From: Waddliaceae bacterium | GTDB lineage: Bacteria > Chlamydiota > Chlamydiia > Chlamydiales > Waddliaceae | DNA length: 64,000 nt | NCBI GenBank assembly: GCA_963724325.1 | Contig: CAVRUH010000001.1 | Location: 160,001 to 224,000 of the forward strand | Reading direction: 5' to 3' | Part shown: piece by piece, positions 51,255 to 60,398 of the stretch | Layout of the letters: every line of letters begins with the position of its first letter | Numbering within the stretch: position 1 is the first letter of the stretch | Position numbers and translations under genes: made by a program | Notes under the pieces: generated by a model | Databases searched by the model: none | Seen by the model: the letters and a program-made list of their open reading frames with translations, nothing else | Told to the model about the DNA's origin: nothing

Positions 51255-52740
51255 CTCAAGTTTGGCGGTTTCTCATATTTTTGAGAAAAAACTTTCAAAA
51301 AAAAGAGAAGACACATAATATTTTTGTTTTTCACGCAAATGAGGACAAAAAAATATGTGCCTTCTCGAAACTTTTCTATCACTAGTCTCCCTATGGAGAC
51401 CAGCATTTTGTAAACAAGACACCTTTAGAAGAGTCAAAGATCACGCTGTCGCGACTGTTTGCTCCTTGGGACGCCATACGATCACAAATCTTATCATTTG
51501 GCTTGGAAAAGATCAATTAGATCCTACAGCCGATTATAGATTATACAATGAATATAAGTGGAATGTCGAGGATCTTTTTAACCCTTTATTGGAAAAGGCA
51601 ATGCCGTTTTTTGGAGATGATTATGTTGTTGTTGGAGCCGACGACACTCGTATTCGCAAAAGAGGAAAGAAGATCCCTGGAACATCTTGGGGAAGGGATC
51701 CATTATCACCCCCATTTCAAGTTAATTTAATGTGGGGGCAAAGATTTCTTCAATTTTCATTTCTACTTCCTATGTACAATCATTCATCAGTCAGTGCACG
51801 AGCATTGCCTATAAGATTTATTCATACTCCTCCTTTAACAAAACCTGGTAAAAGAGCAAATGCAGCAGAAATATTAACATACAAGAAATTATGTAAGACT
51901 CAAAATTTATCGACTCGGTATATAGAAGAGGTAAGAAAATTGAGGGAGCATTTAGATGCAATAGGGTGTACAAAAAAACAACTTATGGTCACTGACGGTA
52001 GTTTCTGTAATAGAATTTGCATGAATTTAAACATGCCAGGAGTTGAAGCACTAGCACGCGCCAGAAAGAATTCAAAACTATGTTATCGGGCTGAAGGCAA
52101 TGGTAGACGCACATATGGGGTTAATAAATTCACTCCAGAGCAAGTACGTCAAGATGATAGTATACCATGGCAGTCTGCAATTTTCTTTTATGGTGGTGAA
52201 TGGAGAAGAATAAGATTTAAAGTATTGCGAGATGTATTATGGCAATCTGGCACAAAGACTAGACCGATGAGATTATTGGTCGTAGCACCGTTGCCTTATG
52301 TGAAAAATGGGATTAGAAATTACCGCCAACCCGCCTATCTATTAACAACTGATCTCGAGGCCACAGCAGAATTCCTTCTTCAGAGTTATTTAGACAGATG
52401 GCAGATAGAAGTAAACTTCAGAGAGGAAAAATCTGTATTGGGTGTTGGAGAGGCCCAAGTATGGAGTGAAAAGTCAGCTGAAAGACAGCCATCATTTAGG
52501 GTTGCAGTATATAGTGCCTTATTATTGTCTAGCATTCTGAAATACAAGGATGTGCCACCAATTGATGAAGAGATTCCGAAATGGAGAGACAAGCCACAAA
52601 GAAATACCTGTAGAGCATTAATAGGGATGATTAGAAGTGAAACTCTAGAAAATATAGAAAGTATAATAGATTTAGAATTAACTAGGCCGATGTTATCGGC
52701 AATTTTTCGAAAAGCAGCCTAAAAAACCGCCAAACTTGAG
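51255..52740 (+). mobile_element. Insertion sequence, IS4 superfamily (IS701-like), copy 1, 1486 bp
   Basis: 17-bp TIR CTCAAGTTTGGCGGTTT; flanked by 23-bp direct repeats at 51232-51254 and 52741-52763. Confidence 0.92.
51355..52722 (+). CDS. DDE transposase (IS701/IS4-like)
   Basis: ADDT...K.G, TDG.F, and Y-x2-R-x3-E-x6-K (YLDRWQIEVNFREEK). Confidence 0.92.
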   Translation: MCLLETFLSLVSLWRPAFCKQDTFRRVKDHAVATVCSLGRHTITNLIIWLGKDQLDPTADYRLYNEYKWNVEDLFNPLLEKAMPFFGDDYVVVGADDTRIRKRGKKIPGTSWGRDPLSPPFQVNLMWGQRFLQFSFLLPMYNHSSVSARALPIRFIHTPPLTKPGKRANAAEILTYKKLCKTQNLSTRYIEEVRKLREHLDAIGCTKKQLMVTDGSFCNRICMNLNMPGVEALARARKNSKLCYRAEGNGRRTYGVNKFTPEQVRQDDSIPWQSAIFFYGGEWRRIRFKVLRDVLWQSGTKTRPMRLLVVAPLPYVKNGIRNYRQPAYLLTTDLEATAEFLLQSYLDRWQIEVNFREEKSVLGVGEAQVWSEKSAERQPSFRVAVYSALLLSSILKYKDVPPIDEEIPKWRDKPQRNTCRALIGMIRSETLENIESIIDLELTRPMLSAIFRKAA

Positions 52741-52901
52741 GCCTGCTGTCTCCGACAGCAGGCGACCAGCTCTCGGAGAGAGCTGGTCACTGTGCTGTCT
52801 CCATTTGTGGCCTGCTGTCTCCGACAGCAGGCGACCAGCTCTCGGAGAGAGCTGGTCACTGTGCTGTCTCCATTTGTGGCCTGCTGTCTCCGACAGCAGG
52901 C
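52741..52901 (+). repeat. REP/BIME-like array, middle part (two 69-bp units plus H1)
   Basis: Unit GGCCTGCTGTCTCCGACAGCAGGCGACCAGCTCTCGGAGAGAGCTGGTCACTGTGCTGTCTCCATTTGT repeated exactly. Confidence 0.92.
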
Positions 52902-54387
52902 CTCAAGTTTGGCGGTTTTTTAGGCTGCTTTTCGAAAAATTGCCGATAACATCGGCCTAGTTAATTCTAAATCTATTATACTTTCTATATTTTCTAGAGT
53001 TTCACTTCTAATCATCCCTATTAATGCTCTACAGGTATTTCTTTGTGGCTTGTCTCTCCATTTCGGAATCTCTTCATCAATTGGTGGCACATCCTTGTAT
53101 TTCAGAATGCTAGACAATAATAAGGCACTATATACTGCAACCCTAAATGATGGCTGTCTTTCAGCTGACTTTTCACTCCATACTTGGGCCTCTCCAACAC
53201 CCAATACAGATTTTTCCTCTCTGAAGTTTACTTCTATCTGCCATCTGTCTAAATAACTCTGAAGAAGGAATTCTGCTGTGGCCTCGAGATCAGTTGTTAA
53301 TAGATAGGCGGGTTGGCGGTAATTTCTAATCCCATTTTTCACATAAGGCAACGGTGCTACGACTAATAATCTCATCGGTCTAGTCTTTGTGCCAGATTGC
53401 CATAATACATCTCGCAATACTTTAAATCTTATTCTTCTCCATTCACCACCATAAAAGAAAATTGCAGACTGCCATGGTATACTATCATCTTGACGTACTT
53501 GCTCTGGAGTGAATTTATTAACCCCATATGTGCGTCTACCATTGCCTTCAGCCCGATAACATAGTTTTGAATTCTTTCTGGCGCGTGCTAGTGCTTCAAC
53601 TCCTGGCATGTTTAAATTCATGCAAATTCTATTACAGAAACTACCGTCAGTGACCATAAGTTGTTTTTTTGTACACCCTATTGCATCTAAATGCTCCCTC
53701 AATTTTCTTACCTCTTCTATATACCGAGTCGATAAATTTTGAGTCTTACATAATTTCTTGTATGTTAATATTTCTGCTGCATTTGCTCTTTTACCAGGTT
53801 TTGTTAAAGGAGGAGTATGAATAAATCTTATAGGCAATGCTCGTGCACTGACTGATGAATGATTGTACATAGGAAGTAGAAATGAAAATTGAAGAAATCT
53901 TTGCCCCCACATTAAATTAACTTGAAATGGGGGTGATAATGGATCCCTTCCCCAAGATGTTCCAGGGATCTTCTTTCCTCTTTTGCGAATACGAGTGTCG
54001 TCGGCTCCAACAACAACATAATCATCTCCAAAAAACGGCATTGCCTTTTCCAATAAAGGGTTAAAAAGATCCTCGACATTCCACTTATATTCATTGTATA
54101 ATCTATAATCGGCTGTAGGATCTAATTGATCTTTTCCAAGCCAAATGATAAGATTTGTGATCGTATGGCGTCCCAAGGAGCAAACAGTCGCGACAGCGTG
54201 ATCTTTGACTCTTCTAAAGGTGTCTTGTTTACAAAATGCTGGTCTCCATAGGGAGACTAGTGATAGAAAAGTTTCGAGAAGGCACATATTTTTTTGTCCT
54301 CATTTGCGTGAAAAACAAAAATATTATGTGTCTTCTCTTTTTTTTGAAAGTTTTTTCTCAAAAATATGAGAAACCGCCAAACTTGAG
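52902..54387 (-). mobile_element. Insertion sequence copy 2, inverted, 1486 bp
   Basis: Same TIRs; 23-bp direct repeats at 52879-52901 and 54388-54410; one synonymous difference from copy 1 noticed (52278 vs 53364). Confidence 0.92.
52920..54287 (-). CDS. DDE transposase, protein identical to 51355-52722
   Basis: Identical 455-aa translation in the ORF track. Confidence 0.92.
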   Translation of the reverse strand: MCLLETFLSLVSLWRPAFCKQDTFRRVKDHAVATVCSLGRHTITNLIIWLGKDQLDPTADYRLYNEYKWNVEDLFNPLLEKAMPFFGDDYVVVGADDTRIRKRGKKIPGTSWGRDPLSPPFQVNLMWGQRFLQFSFLLPMYNHSSVSARALPIRFIHTPPLTKPGKRANAAEILTYKKLCKTQNLSTRYIEEVRKLREHLDAIGCTKKQLMVTDGSFCNRICMNLNMPGVEALARARKNSKLCYRAEGNGRRTYGVNKFTPEQVRQDDSIPWQSAIFFYGGEWRRIRFKVLRDVLWQSGTKTRPMRLLVVAPLPYVKNGIRNYRQPAYLLTTDLEATAEFLLQSYLDRWQIEVNFREEKSVLGVGEAQVWSEKSAERQPSFRVAVYSALLLSSILKYKDVPPIDEEIPKWRDKPQRNTCRALIGMIRSETLENIESIIDLELTRPMLSAIFRKAA

Positions 54388-54485
54388 GCCTGCTGTCTCC
54401 GACAGCAGGCGACCAGCTCTCGGAGAGAGCTGGCCACTGTGCTGTCTCCGACAGCAGGCGACCAGCTCTCGGAGAGAGCTGGCCA
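54388..54485 (+). repeat. REP/BIME-like array, right part
   Basis: H1, H2, partial H1, H2; same orientation as the left and middle parts. Confidence 0.9.
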
Positions 54486-54492
54486 ATGTGAC

Positions 54493-55311
54493 TTAATGCT
54501 TAGTCATCCAATCTTCAAGTCGTTTTTTGACTTTATCGAGATCTTTTTCGTAGATTTCGGGATTTTTGAATCGTTCATCATAGATAAGCTTGCCGATATC
54601 GATGCGAACGGCTTTATCGCCTACAAATCCTGTATTGTCCAAGGCGTTATGGTCTAGATCGACAATGCCTTTTTTGTATTCATCAATGTACAGGGCAAAA
54701 ATCTGATCAATTTTTTGCTGAGCCAGTTTGTGGTCACCTTTGTCCAAACACTCTTTAAGCACCTGTCTCGTAATTATGGCTTTCGATTGCAAGACGAATG
54801 GAACAATGTTCAAGTCGATCATTCTAGATTCTCCAATAGCATCTACCGTATGGACGCGAGGAAGGAGACCTGCTTTTGGAGTCAGATGCATGTAAATAAG
54901 CCCTGTATTTTCCCGATCATGATCATAGGCAAGTTGATAACCAACAAAAATACGATCTCTTTTTAATACTTCGTCCTCTTTTGAGCGCACTAAAAACTGT
55001 TTGAATGGAAATATGGCTGGAAAAATGTGAATTAACGGCGACCTTTGGAGTGTTTGGCTTTTGAATAGTTTGAGAACATATTTTCCATCTTCGCTGACTA
55101 AGGCGAACACCTGATTTCCAGAGTCGAGATAGAAGTATTTTTGATCCAAAATTGGATTCGGATCAATTTCAGATGAAGACACGGTAAAAGGAGGTCCTTC
55201 TGTTAAAATATTCCCTTCTCTGAAATCACCAGTAAAATAAACGTATAGGTGTCCGAGAGCAATATATAAAACAAAAAAAATCAAAAAGTACTTGGTTATA
55301 CGATATATCAT
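54493..55311 (-). CDS. Membrane-anchored protein with a kinase-like fold
   Basis: N-terminal TM segment; YLDSGNQVFA...YVLKLFK; GIVDLD....N.GF; IDIG. Confidence 0.6.
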   Translation of the reverse strand: MIYRITKYFLIFFVLYIALGHLYVYFTGDFREGNILTEGPPFTVSSSEIDPNPILDQKYFYLDSGNQVFALVSEDGKYVLKLFKSQTLQRSPLIHIFPAIFPFKQFLVRSKEDEVLKRDRIFVGYQLAYDHDRENTGLIYMHLTPKAGLLPRVHTVDAIGESRMIDLNIVPFVLQSKAIITRQVLKECLDKGDHKLAQQKIDQIFALYIDEYKKGIVDLDHNALDNTGFVGDKAVRIDIGKLIYDERFKNPEIYEKDLDKVKKRLEDWMTKH

Positions 55312-55922
55312 GATACGTTCTTCAGTGAAGTGGTGATTAATGATGGGAGGTCGATTGCGTCATCGGCCTCTTTCAGGGTTTTTTGAACTGCTTTTTGTGC
55401 CGTAGCACTATTGTATCCAAGATTGATTAAAGCATTCATAGCATCGGATATCATTTGGGACTTAGGTGATAATCCCACATTTATTGCGAACTCGGAAGGA
55501 ACATGCCCGCCAAGCATTTTTGGGATTTTATCTTTCATTTCAATGATGAGCCTTTGAGCAGTTTTTTTGCCAATTCCAGGTACCTTGCAAATGGCATCGA
55601 TTTCGTTGTGCTGAATCGCAGCATAGAGTTGCTCGGTAGGAAGATGACCGATCAAATTCAAGGCAATTTTTGGGCCGAATCCGGTAACAACATTGATGAT
55701 TTCTTCAAAAAGATCTCGCTCAATTGCTGAAAGGAAGCCATAAAGCGATTGAGAATTATCTCGAATAACAAAAGAAGTATGCAAGAGGATATCGCTTCCG
55801 ATGGGTGGTAAATGACTATAGAGGCTGACGGGGATCGAAATTTTATATCCGATGCCGCCTGTTTCGACGGTCACAGCCGAGGGAGTTGAAGCGGTCAGTT
55901 GACCTTTAACATAATGATACAT
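55308..55922 (-). CDS. ruvA: Holliday junction branch migration protein A
   Basis: GIGY, LYGF, G.GPKIAL, VPGIGKKTAQR, AL..LGY. Confidence 0.95.
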   Translation of the reverse strand: MYHYVKGQLTASTPSAVTVETGGIGYKISIPVSLYSHLPPIGSDILLHTSFVIRDNSQSLYGFLSAIERDLFEEIINVVTGFGPKIALNLIGHLPTEQLYAAIQHNEIDAICKVPGIGKKTAQRLIIEMKDKIPKMLGGHVPSEFAINVGLSPKSQMISDAMNALINLGYNSATAQKAVQKTLKEADDAIDLPSLITTSLKNVS

Positions 55923-56397
55923 GTTTATTACACCTTTGTGCGTGGCAAATAGCGAGGGCTAGGGCATCGGCGGCGTCTTCAGGAGGGGCTTTAGAAAGCG
56001 CCAAGAGACGAGTGATCATCCCTTGAACCTGCTGTTTGCTTGCTTGACCTGTTCCTACCACCGATTTTTTTGCTGTACTTGGGGAATATTCGAACATTTC
56101 TATCCCATTCCGCCGTGCAGCAATAATTACCGTTCCTCTTGCCATTCCCACTTTCATGGCACTTTGTACATTTTTATTCACATATTGTGTTTCCACAACT
56201 ACTGCATCTGGACGAAATTTCTCCAAAAGCAATTCTACATTTTCGAACAAAGCGTAATATCGGTCAAACAATTCCTCATTTGCAGGGGGTCGAATGCATC
56301 CATAGTCGAGAGGACGGAACTGAGAACCGCTCACTTCTATGATTCCATAGCCGCTGACTCTTGTTCCGGGGTCTATACCCAGAATGATTAAGGGCAT
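55906..56397 (-). CDS. ruvC: Crossover junction endodeoxyribonuclease
   Basis: ILGIDPG, VE, ARG, A.K.QV, DAADALA.A.CH. Confidence 0.95.
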   Translation of the reverse strand: MPLIILGIDPGTRVSGYGIIEVSGSQFRPLDYGCIRPPANEELFDRYYALFENVELLLEKFRPDAVVVETQYVNKNVQSAMKVGMARGTVIIAARRNGIEMFEYSPSTAKKSVVGTGQASKQQVQGMITRLLALSKAPPEDAADALALAICHAQRCNKHVSLC

Positions 56398-56471
56398 TTT
56401 TAAATTCTCCAATCTATTGCTACATAATGGATAATTAAGGTATTATTATCAATATTATACAGGTAAAAAAA

Positions 56472-57515
56472 ATGACTCTTACCCCGAAAAATATTTTGGT
56501 CAAAATGCCAAACTGGCTAGGCGATGTTGTGATGGCGACTCCGATTTTGGCCGATTTGCGTAAACAATACCCGACGGCAACGATCACTGTAATGTGCCAG
56601 GCAAATGTTGCTCCGTTGCTGACACAAGACCCCAATATCAATGAAGTTTATTCTTACAAGCGTCCCAGTGGTTGGATTCATCGTCAAAAGCACTATGAGA
56701 TCATCGAAAATATCAGAAAAGGTGAATACGATCTAGGGATTCTTTTGACGAATTCATTTTCCACTGCTTGGTGGTTTTGGAGAGGAAAAGTACAGTATTG
56801 CATCGGATTCGCTGGCAACTTTCGAAGCCTATTGCTGAATAAAGCAATCTCTTTCCCAAAAAACATCGAAAAGCAACACCTAATAAAGACTTATAAAATG
56901 CTTTTGGCTCCTCTTGGGATTCCATCTTCTGATACTCCGCCAAAGCTGTATCTTTCTGGAAAAGAAATTAGAGATGCTCATGAATTTCTCAAATTATTTG
57001 GAGTCGATCCCGAGAAACATACTATCATAGGGATAAATCCGGGCGCCGCCTACGGATCGGCAAAATGTTGGCTTCCGGAGCGATTCGAAGAACTTACAAG
57101 ACGTCTTCAGGCTGATCCGAATACGTTTATTTTGTACTTTGGCGATGGTACAGGCACTCCCTTGGTTGATAATATCTGCAAAAATTTCAGTGATAGAGTC
57201 ATCAACTTAGCCGGTAAGACCACTTTGCGGGAATTGCTGTCTCTGATTAATTGCTGCAACGTATTTCTTACCAATGACAGCGGCCCCATGCATATCGCTG
57301 CAGCCTTGGGAATCCCTTTACTTGCCCTTTTTGGTTCGACTAATGAGGTGAAAACTGGCCCTGCACCACTTGGAAAAGTAATTCACAAGCATGTGGAGTG
57401 TTCCCCCTGCTATAAAAGGGTCTGTCCAATAGATTTCCGATGCATGAAACGCATCGAAGTAGATGAGGTATATCATGAACTCCTCCAGGTGCTTAGAGAA
57501 AGTGAAAAAAGATAA
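56472..57515 (+). CDS. waaF: LPS heptosyltransferase II (GT9)
   Basis: PNWLGDVVM, NPGAAYGSAKCW, TNDSGPMH.AAA, LFGST. Confidence 0.9.
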   Translation: MTLTPKNILVKMPNWLGDVVMATPILADLRKQYPTATITVMCQANVAPLLTQDPNINEVYSYKRPSGWIHRQKHYEIIENIRKGEYDLGILLTNSFSTAWWFWRGKVQYCIGFAGNFRSLLLNKAISFPKNIEKQHLIKTYKMLLAPLGIPSSDTPPKLYLSGKEIRDAHEFLKLFGVDPEKHTIIGINPGAAYGSAKCWLPERFEELTRRLQADPNTFILYFGDGTGTPLVDNICKNFSDRVINLAGKTTLRELLSLINCCNVFLTNDSGPMHIAAALGIPLLALFGSTNEVKTGPAPLGKVIHKHVECSPCYKRVCPIDFRCMKRIEVDEVYHELLQVLRESEKR

Positions 57516-58818
57516 CGCCCTTGAAAAGCTACGCTTGATAGGGCAGCAGCACATTTTTCACGATTTTGAAGGACTTATTCAACAGGTCGAATCCATTAAC
57601 ATCCCTACATTCCGGTTGCAGCAGCAAATGCTCTTAAAACATGGACACAAGGCACCTGGATTTCTCGATGTATTCGAAAAAATTACATTATCTGGAGATG
57701 AAAACATTGCTTCAATTGGTCAAGAACAAATTAAAGAGGGAAAAGTTGGGTGCCTAATCGTTGCCGGGGGCATGGGTACACGTTTGCAATTCAATGGTCC
57801 AAAAGGAATGTATCCGATCTCATTGATTAATCAGAAAACCCTCTTCCAATTAGTAGCAGAAAAGACTTTAGCTGCAGGACATCAAGCTGGCAGGGATCTC
57901 TCGATTGCCATTATGACTTCTCCGCTGAACCACATAGAAACAGTCAGGTATTTCGAAGAAAATGATTACTTTGGCCTTCACAAAGATCAGATCGATTTCT
58001 TCTCTCAAGAAATGCTCCCTTTACTTGATCATTCTGGAAATTTGTTTTTAGATCAGATTGATCATCTTGCTGTCGGACCCGATGGAAACGGTGGCTCCCT
58101 ACAGCAGTTTGTAAATGTTGGAATATGGAAAAAATGGTACGAAAATGGGATCAGATATCTAAATTTTACTCTAATCGACAATCCATTGGCTGATCCATTT
58201 GATGCAGAACTTATCGGATTCCACCATTTCGAAGGAGTCGACGTTGTCATGAAATGTACGGCAAGACAAAATCCCCGTGAAAATGTAGGTGTTTTGATTG
58301 AGATGGAAGACAAAGTTCATGTGATAGAATATAGTGAACTTCCCGAGGCCGAACGAATTGCTACTGATGAAAAAGGGCGATTAAAGCATATCGCCGCCAA
58401 CTTAAGTCTATTCAGTTTTTCGATGGACTTTATCAAACAAATTTCCAAAGAACCTCTTCCACTCCACATTGCTCATAAGACAGTGGAGTGCCTCGGAGTC
58501 AAACCAAAGGCGCTCAATGCATGGAAATTTGAGAAGTTTATTTTTGATGTTTTGCCTCTTGCAATGTCTGTAAGAGCACTTCTCTATCCGAGAGAGGCTT
58601 GCTTTGCCCCTCTGAAAAATGACGTCGGAGATGATAGTCCCGCAACAGTACGGGACGCCTTGCAAAAACGAGATCGTGCCGTGTTTGCTGAATTGACAGG
58701 AAAAGAGCCTCCCCAGAGACGTTTTGAGCTTGATCCCGCATTTTACTATCCAACTGATGAAATGCGTGTTAAGTGGAAAGGCAAAGAACTGCCTCCCGAA
58801 GAATACATAACAATATAA
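57502..58818 (+). CDS. UDP-N-acetylglucosamine pyrophosphorylase, eukaryote-type UDPGP family
   Basis: AGGMGTRL...PKG, IMTS, PDGNG, DNPL, EYSE, KFEKFIFD, FAPLKN. Confidence 0.9.
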   Translation: MKKDNALEKLRLIGQQHIFHDFEGLIQQVESINIPTFRLQQQMLLKHGHKAPGFLDVFEKITLSGDENIASIGQEQIKEGKVGCLIVAGGMGTRLQFNGPKGMYPISLINQKTLFQLVAEKTLAAGHQAGRDLSIAIMTSPLNHIETVRYFEENDYFGLHKDQIDFFSQEMLPLLDHSGNLFLDQIDHLAVGPDGNGGSLQQFVNVGIWKKWYENGIRYLNFTLIDNPLADPFDAELIGFHHFEGVDVVMKCTARQNPRENVGVLIEMEDKVHVIEYSELPEAERIATDEKGRLKHIAANLSLFSFSMDFIKQISKEPLPLHIAHKTVECLGVKPKALNAWKFEKFIFDVLPLAMSVRALLYPREACFAPLKNDVGDDSPATVRDALQKRDRAVFAELTGKEPPQRRFELDPAFYYPTDEMRVKWKGKELPPEEYITI

Positions 58819-58822
58819 GGTA

Positions 58823-59827
58823 ATGAAGATGAAAATAGGATATTTAGGAGCCGGTGCCTGGGGTTTTGCATTAACGGCGCTTCTCGCTTCAAAAGGATAC
58901 GAACTAAAATCGTGGACGATTTTCCCTGAGCTAGCGAAAAAACTCAATGATACAGGCGAGCATCCCATGCTTCCCGGCACAGCGGTCAAAGGCAATATGC
59001 ACTTCACAACCGATCTTAAAGAAGTTTTAACAGGCATCGATCTTCTTGTCGAATCGGTTACCTCCGCTGGAATCAGACCCGTTTTCAAACAAATCAAAGA
59101 AATCGGAATTCCTAACTGTCCCATAATCACCACTTCAAAGGGAATCGAACAAAATACGGGCCATATTTTGTCAGATGTAATTGCCGAAATCCTGGGTGAA
59201 AATGTACGTTCTCAAATCGGCGGCATCAGCGGACCAAGCTACGCAACTGAAGTAATCAAAAACCTGCCGACAGCTGTTGTAGGAACTGCCTACGAGAAGG
59301 ATGTCATGATGATGGCTTGCCAAACTTTTACGACAGATACTTTTAGAGTCTATCCCAACTCAGATGTACTTGGAGTGTCTTATGGCGGAGCCTTGAAAAA
59401 TATTATCGCAATCGCCTGCGGCATTGCTGAGGGAATGGGCCTGGGTTACAGTGCTAGAGCTGCTTTAATGACTCGCGGACTTGTTGAGATGTCAAGACTC
59501 GCAGTCGCTAAAGGCGCCAAGCAGGAAACTCTCTATGGATTATCTGGAATGGGCGATCTTTGCGTGACATGCAGTTCTACCACCAGTCGCAATTTCCAGT
59601 TCGGTCTGCTTCTTGCACAAGGAAAAAGCCCTGAAGAGGCACTCAAAGAGGTTAAAATGGCTGTCGAAGGAGCCTACACTGCTGTATCGGCCTATCAGCT
59701 CAGCAAGGAACTTGCTATTCCCATGCCTATTACCGAATGCATCTACTCGATCATTCAAGGCAATCTCAAGCCAAGCGAAGCAGTAAAAGCCCTAATGCTC
59801 CGTGAAATCAAACCTGAAAATCTTTAA
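58823..59827 (+). CDS. gpsA: NAD(P)H-dependent glycerol-3-phosphate dehydrogenase
   Basis: GAGAWG, SKGIE, SGPS.A, GALKN, GLSGMGDL, SRN. Confidence 0.96.
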   Translation: MKMKIGYLGAGAWGFALTALLASKGYELKSWTIFPELAKKLNDTGEHPMLPGTAVKGNMHFTTDLKEVLTGIDLLVESVTSAGIRPVFKQIKEIGIPNCPIITTSKGIEQNTGHILSDVIAEILGENVRSQIGGISGPSYATEVIKNLPTAVVGTAYEKDVMMMACQTFTTDTFRVYPNSDVLGVSYGGALKNIIAIACGIAEGMGLGYSARAALMTRGLVEMSRLAVAKGAKQETLYGLSGMGDLCVTCSSTTSRNFQFGLLLAQGKSPEEALKEVKMAVEGAYTAVSAYQLSKELAIPMPITECIYSIIQGNLKPSEAVKALMLREIKPENL

Positions 59828-59835
59828 AAAAAATA

Positions 59836-59862
59836 AGCCCTGCCGTGAAAAACAGCAGGGCT
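59836..59862 (-). terminator. Intrinsic terminator hairpin
   Basis: AGCCCTGC...GCAGGGCT with an A-run on its left (U-tract on the minus strand). Confidence 0.6.
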
Positions 59863-59869
59863 GCAATTG

Positions 59870-60076
59870 ACACCTATTGAGACAGCTCTAATAAAGTGGC
59901 CAGGAGTTCATCGGCCTCCTGCCTTAAATCAATTAACTTTTGCTTATATTCAGCGTTCTTCTGGTCAAGTTCATTTTGCAGTTTGCGAGTTGTTGCTTCA
60001 GATGCTCCCCCACTAACTAACGTATTAAACTGATAAATACCTGTGTCGCGGAGTTGTCGAATTCTTTTAGCTTGAG
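59870..60076 (-). repeat. 207-bp direct repeat of 61863-62069 (3' end of the 335-aa ORF)
   Basis: Near-identical sequence at offset 1993 with a few substitutions. Confidence 0.9.
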
Positions 60077-60398
60077 ATATATTCCCTCTCTCTTAATGCG
60101 CGAATTTCTTTGCTTGTTATAGGATCAATTTTGGGTGACTTTTCTGATTTATTAAGATGGCACCGTCAGCGTCGATATGTCTTAAAAATTCGCAAAATAC
60201 CCCCGCCTTTGAGCGTAATTAAAGCACTATGAACTATATTTGAAAAGAAAATGAAGGATTTAATCTCCCAATTTGTACAACTGTATCTTATCTTTATTTT
60301 CTGACTCTGATGGCAAAGCGTCAAATATTACAGAAAATTATTGCCGAATTATGGTATAAAAGAGACAATACAGTGTGAGATATATTACTGTAACAAAT

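Noticed and set aside
50942..51406. ORFs across the REP array (also 52736-52960 and 54236-54657)
   Set aside because: They are open frames caused by repeat periodicity; no RBS or protein-like features.
51098..54485. CRISPR array
   Set aside because: The sequences between repeats are identical rather than unique spacers, and there are no cas genes; the pattern fits REP/BIME.
58408..59133. Long antisense ORFs (also within alaS, mfd and sucC)
   Set aside because: Shadow frames of well-supported genes.
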